A stretch of 61,941 bases of DNA, counting the filler, from Eubacteriales bacterium (lineage in GTDB: Bacteria; Bacillota; Clostridia; Oscillospirales; CAG-382): NCBI GenBank assembly GCA_045636665.1. It is 6 parts of 6 records of this genome, joined end to end, with 100 filler letters (N's around TTAATTAATTAA, not from the genome) between each part and the next. Parts side by side here need not be neighbours in the genome. Positions count along the whole stretch, not along the records: positions 58,707 to 61,941 come from JAZTXY010000137.1; 5 more parts are not named here. One strand, 5' to 3'. Each line of letters opens with the position of its first letter. The stretch's first letter is position 1. Under the pieces are notes generated by a model. The model had not been told where the DNA came from, did no database searches, and was given only the letters and a program-made list of their open reading frames with translations. Shown piece by piece: positions 59,815 to 61,941 of the stretch. The translations under genes and the position numbers were made by a program.

Positions 59815-61620
59815 ATGACAATAATTCCCCAACCCAGAAAGCTTAAAAAAACGGGCGGCTTCGTTTCGACCGCGGGACTCGATATCGTGCTCACGGTTAA
59901 ATGTGACAGCCGTATTTTCAAAGCGGCTCAAAAGCTTGCAAACGAAATATATGAAGAAACCGGCATCGATCCCGTTGTCACAAAGGTATTGGGCACTCCC
60001 GATATCGACGGCAAAATCGTTATCGAATGTCTTGGCAAAAAGAGCGGAGAGGGATATAAAATCTCTGCGCGTGAAAACGGTATCCATATCGTAGGCGACA
60101 CTCTTGCAGGTACCTTTTACGGTATCCAAACTCTTCGCCAAATGCTCGAAACCTGCGGCGAAGATATTGAATGCTGCGAAATTGAAGATAAGCCCGATAT
60201 GTCCTACCGCGGATTTTATCACGATGCATCGCGCGGCCGTGTTCCCAATCTTGACGGCGTGTTCAAGATGATCGATTTCCTTGCATATTACAAGCACAAT
60301 TCCTATCAGCTTTACATTGAGCATACCTTTGCTTTTGATGAATATAAGGGCATTTACAAGGCGTTCGGTTATATGACCGCCGAGGAAATTATGCAGATCG
60401 ATGATTACTGCTATGAAAACTTCATCGATTTCGTTCCCTCGCTTTCCTCATTCGGACACCTTTTCCGTCTTCTCGAAAGCAATAAATACAAGCATCTTTG
60501 CGAGCTTGACGAATTTGAAGCAACCAAGAACCCTTGGCACAACTTTATGCTTCACCACACTATAAACGCAAACGACGAAAGAAGCTTCGAGCTTATTACC
60601 TCGCTTATAGATCAATACGTTCCCCTTTTCCGCAGTAAGTATTTCAACATCTGCTGTGACGAAACCTTTGACATCTGCAACGGCAAGAACAAAGGACAGG
60701 ATAAGGGCGAGCTTTATCTTGAATTTACACTTAAAATAATCGAACACCTTAAATCGCTCGGCAAGACGGTTATGATGTGGGGCGACGTTGTTCTTAACCA
60801 CCCCGAAACCATTTCGCGCTTCCCCGACGATATGGTAATGCTCAACTGGTGCTACGATTGCAACCCCATTCTTGAAAATATCGACCGCTTTGCCGCTGAA
60901 AAATTCAGTCAGGTCGTTTGCCCCGGTACAAGCTGTTGGAACCAGTTCTGCGAATGTGTCGGCTATGCAGAGCAGAATATCAGCAAAATGGTTCAAAAGG
61001 GCGGCGAATGCAAGGTTATGGGTATGCTCAACACCTCTTGGGGTGACTTCGGTGCAGTTTGCCCGATGAGCTGTACTCTTTACGGTTGCGTTCTCGGTGC
61101 TTCGAAGGCATGGAACCGCAAGACGAAAGCCGCTTGTGAAAAGTTTGACAAAGCAGTTTCCGAGCTCGTCTACGGCGACGCTTCGGGTGATACCGTAAAA
61201 CTCATCCGCGAATTCGGCGATGTTCAGGCGCTCTTGTCCTGGGGAACGTTCTGCAGCGCGTTCTTCGATAACCGCATCGGCTACGGCGAAACGATCGAAC
61301 CGCTTCCCACCGATAGCAAGCCCTACGTTGAAAACGCACAGAAGGCGTTTGCTCTTGCCGAGAAATTCCGCCGTCTCCCCGTTCAGAGCGAGATCACGAA
61401 CGATCTCCGCATAGGCGCAGAAGGCCTTGCAATCATCACTCTCCGCTTCGCGAAGCTTATCGACGAAAGCGTTGCTATCGACGAAGCTTACGTTGAAAAA
61501 TGGTGTGAACGTTATGCAGAATCCTGGCTCACGAACGATAAGTACGCTGAGCTTGATGCAGTTCTCGCCGTAATGAGAGGCAAGAAGCCCTCGCTCGATT
61601 ATATCCTTACAAACACCTGA
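59815..61620 (+). CDS. GH20 family beta-N-acetylhexosaminidase
   Basis: IIPQP, FYGIQTLRQ, YRGFYHDASRGRVP, SFGH, NICCDE catalytic pair, MMWGD. Confidence 0.9.
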   Translation: MTIIPQPRKLKKTGGFVSTAGLDIVLTVKCDSRIFKAAQKLANEIYEETGIDPVVTKVLGTPDIDGKIVIECLGKKSGEGYKISARENGIHIVGDTLAGTFYGIQTLRQMLETCGEDIECCEIEDKPDMSYRGFYHDASRGRVPNLDGVFKMIDFLAYYKHNSYQLYIEHTFAFDEYKGIYKAFGYMTAEEIMQIDDYCYENFIDFVPSLSSFGHLFRLLESNKYKHLCELDEFEATKNPWHNFMLHHTINANDERSFELITSLIDQYVPLFRSKYFNICCDETFDICNGKNKGQDKGELYLEFTLKIIEHLKSLGKTVMMWGDVVLNHPETISRFPDDMVMLNWCYDCNPILENIDRFAAEKFSQVVCPGTSCWNQFCECVGYAEQNISKMVQKGGECKVMGMLNTSWGDFGAVCPMSCTLYGCVLGASKAWNRKTKAACEKFDKAVSELVYGDASGDTVKLIREFGDVQALLSWGTFCSAFFDNRIGYGETIEPLPTDSKPYVENAQKAFALAEKFRRLPVQSEITNDLRIGAEGLAIITLRFAKLIDESVAIDEAYVEKWCERYAESWLTNDKYAELDAVLAVMRGKKPSLDYILTNT

Positions 61621-61629
61621 TAGTTTTTT

Positions 61630-61662
61630 GGCTCCCGATTTTCCGATCGGGAGCCGTTTTTT
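61630..61662 (+). terminator. Intrinsic terminator
   Basis: GGCTCCCGAT-loop-ATCGGGAGCC followed by a T-run. Confidence 0.85.
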
Positions 61663-61865
61663 GCCGTTTTAACGGCTGATTACAAAAAAACTTTAAGTAT
61701 GCTTTAAGAAACGTTGGATTTTGTGTTAAAAAAGATACAAACCTTTTGTTGTATCTTTACAAAAAAGAGTTTCCGGAGGAAAAGTTTTTGTAAAATTGTT
61801 GCAATCGACTGAGAAATATGCTATCATCGATGCAGAATGAAAAACAATGGAAAGGATATAATCTT

Positions 61866-61941
61866 ATGAAAAAGAAAATCAGTTTCATTCTTTCTGCGAT
61901 TATGCTTCTTTGCGTATTCGCTGTTCCCCTCAGCGTTGTTG
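61866..61941 (+). CDS. Start of an exported protein running off the window
   Basis: AAAGGA RBS; MKKKISFILSAIMLLCVFAVPLSVV signal peptide. Confidence 0.7.
   Translation, partial: MKKKISFILSAIMLLCVFAVPLSVV

Overview
The window is not contiguous. It is six contigs of a draft or metagenome-assembled genome joined by five artificial 100-nt linkers (N44-TTAATTAATTAA-N44). The gene content (sigG, a dockerin fragment, lipoproteins, pepT, folD, lgt, potABCD) points to a spore-forming Clostridia-type gut anaerobe. Most of the window is housekeeping and carbohydrate-use genes plus a partial tRNA cluster. The main finding is an intact ~9.1-kb, 11-gene podovirus-like (P22-type) virion-morphogenesis cassette at 1151-10211, lying between hemW and a host lipoprotein gene. 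It encodes small and large terminase, portal, scaffold, major capsid, a possible decoration protein, head-tail adaptor, tail hub, ejection-type protein and holins. It has its own promoter and terminators, but no visible integrase, repressor, replication genes, att repeats, tail spike or endolysin. This makes it a candidate gene-transfer-agent-like (domesticated phage) system. Secondary findings are a lipoprotein with GT80 sialyltransferase-like motifs, several structured dispersed repeats, and candidate regulatory elements. All family assignments are from motif recognition by eye; no searches were run.
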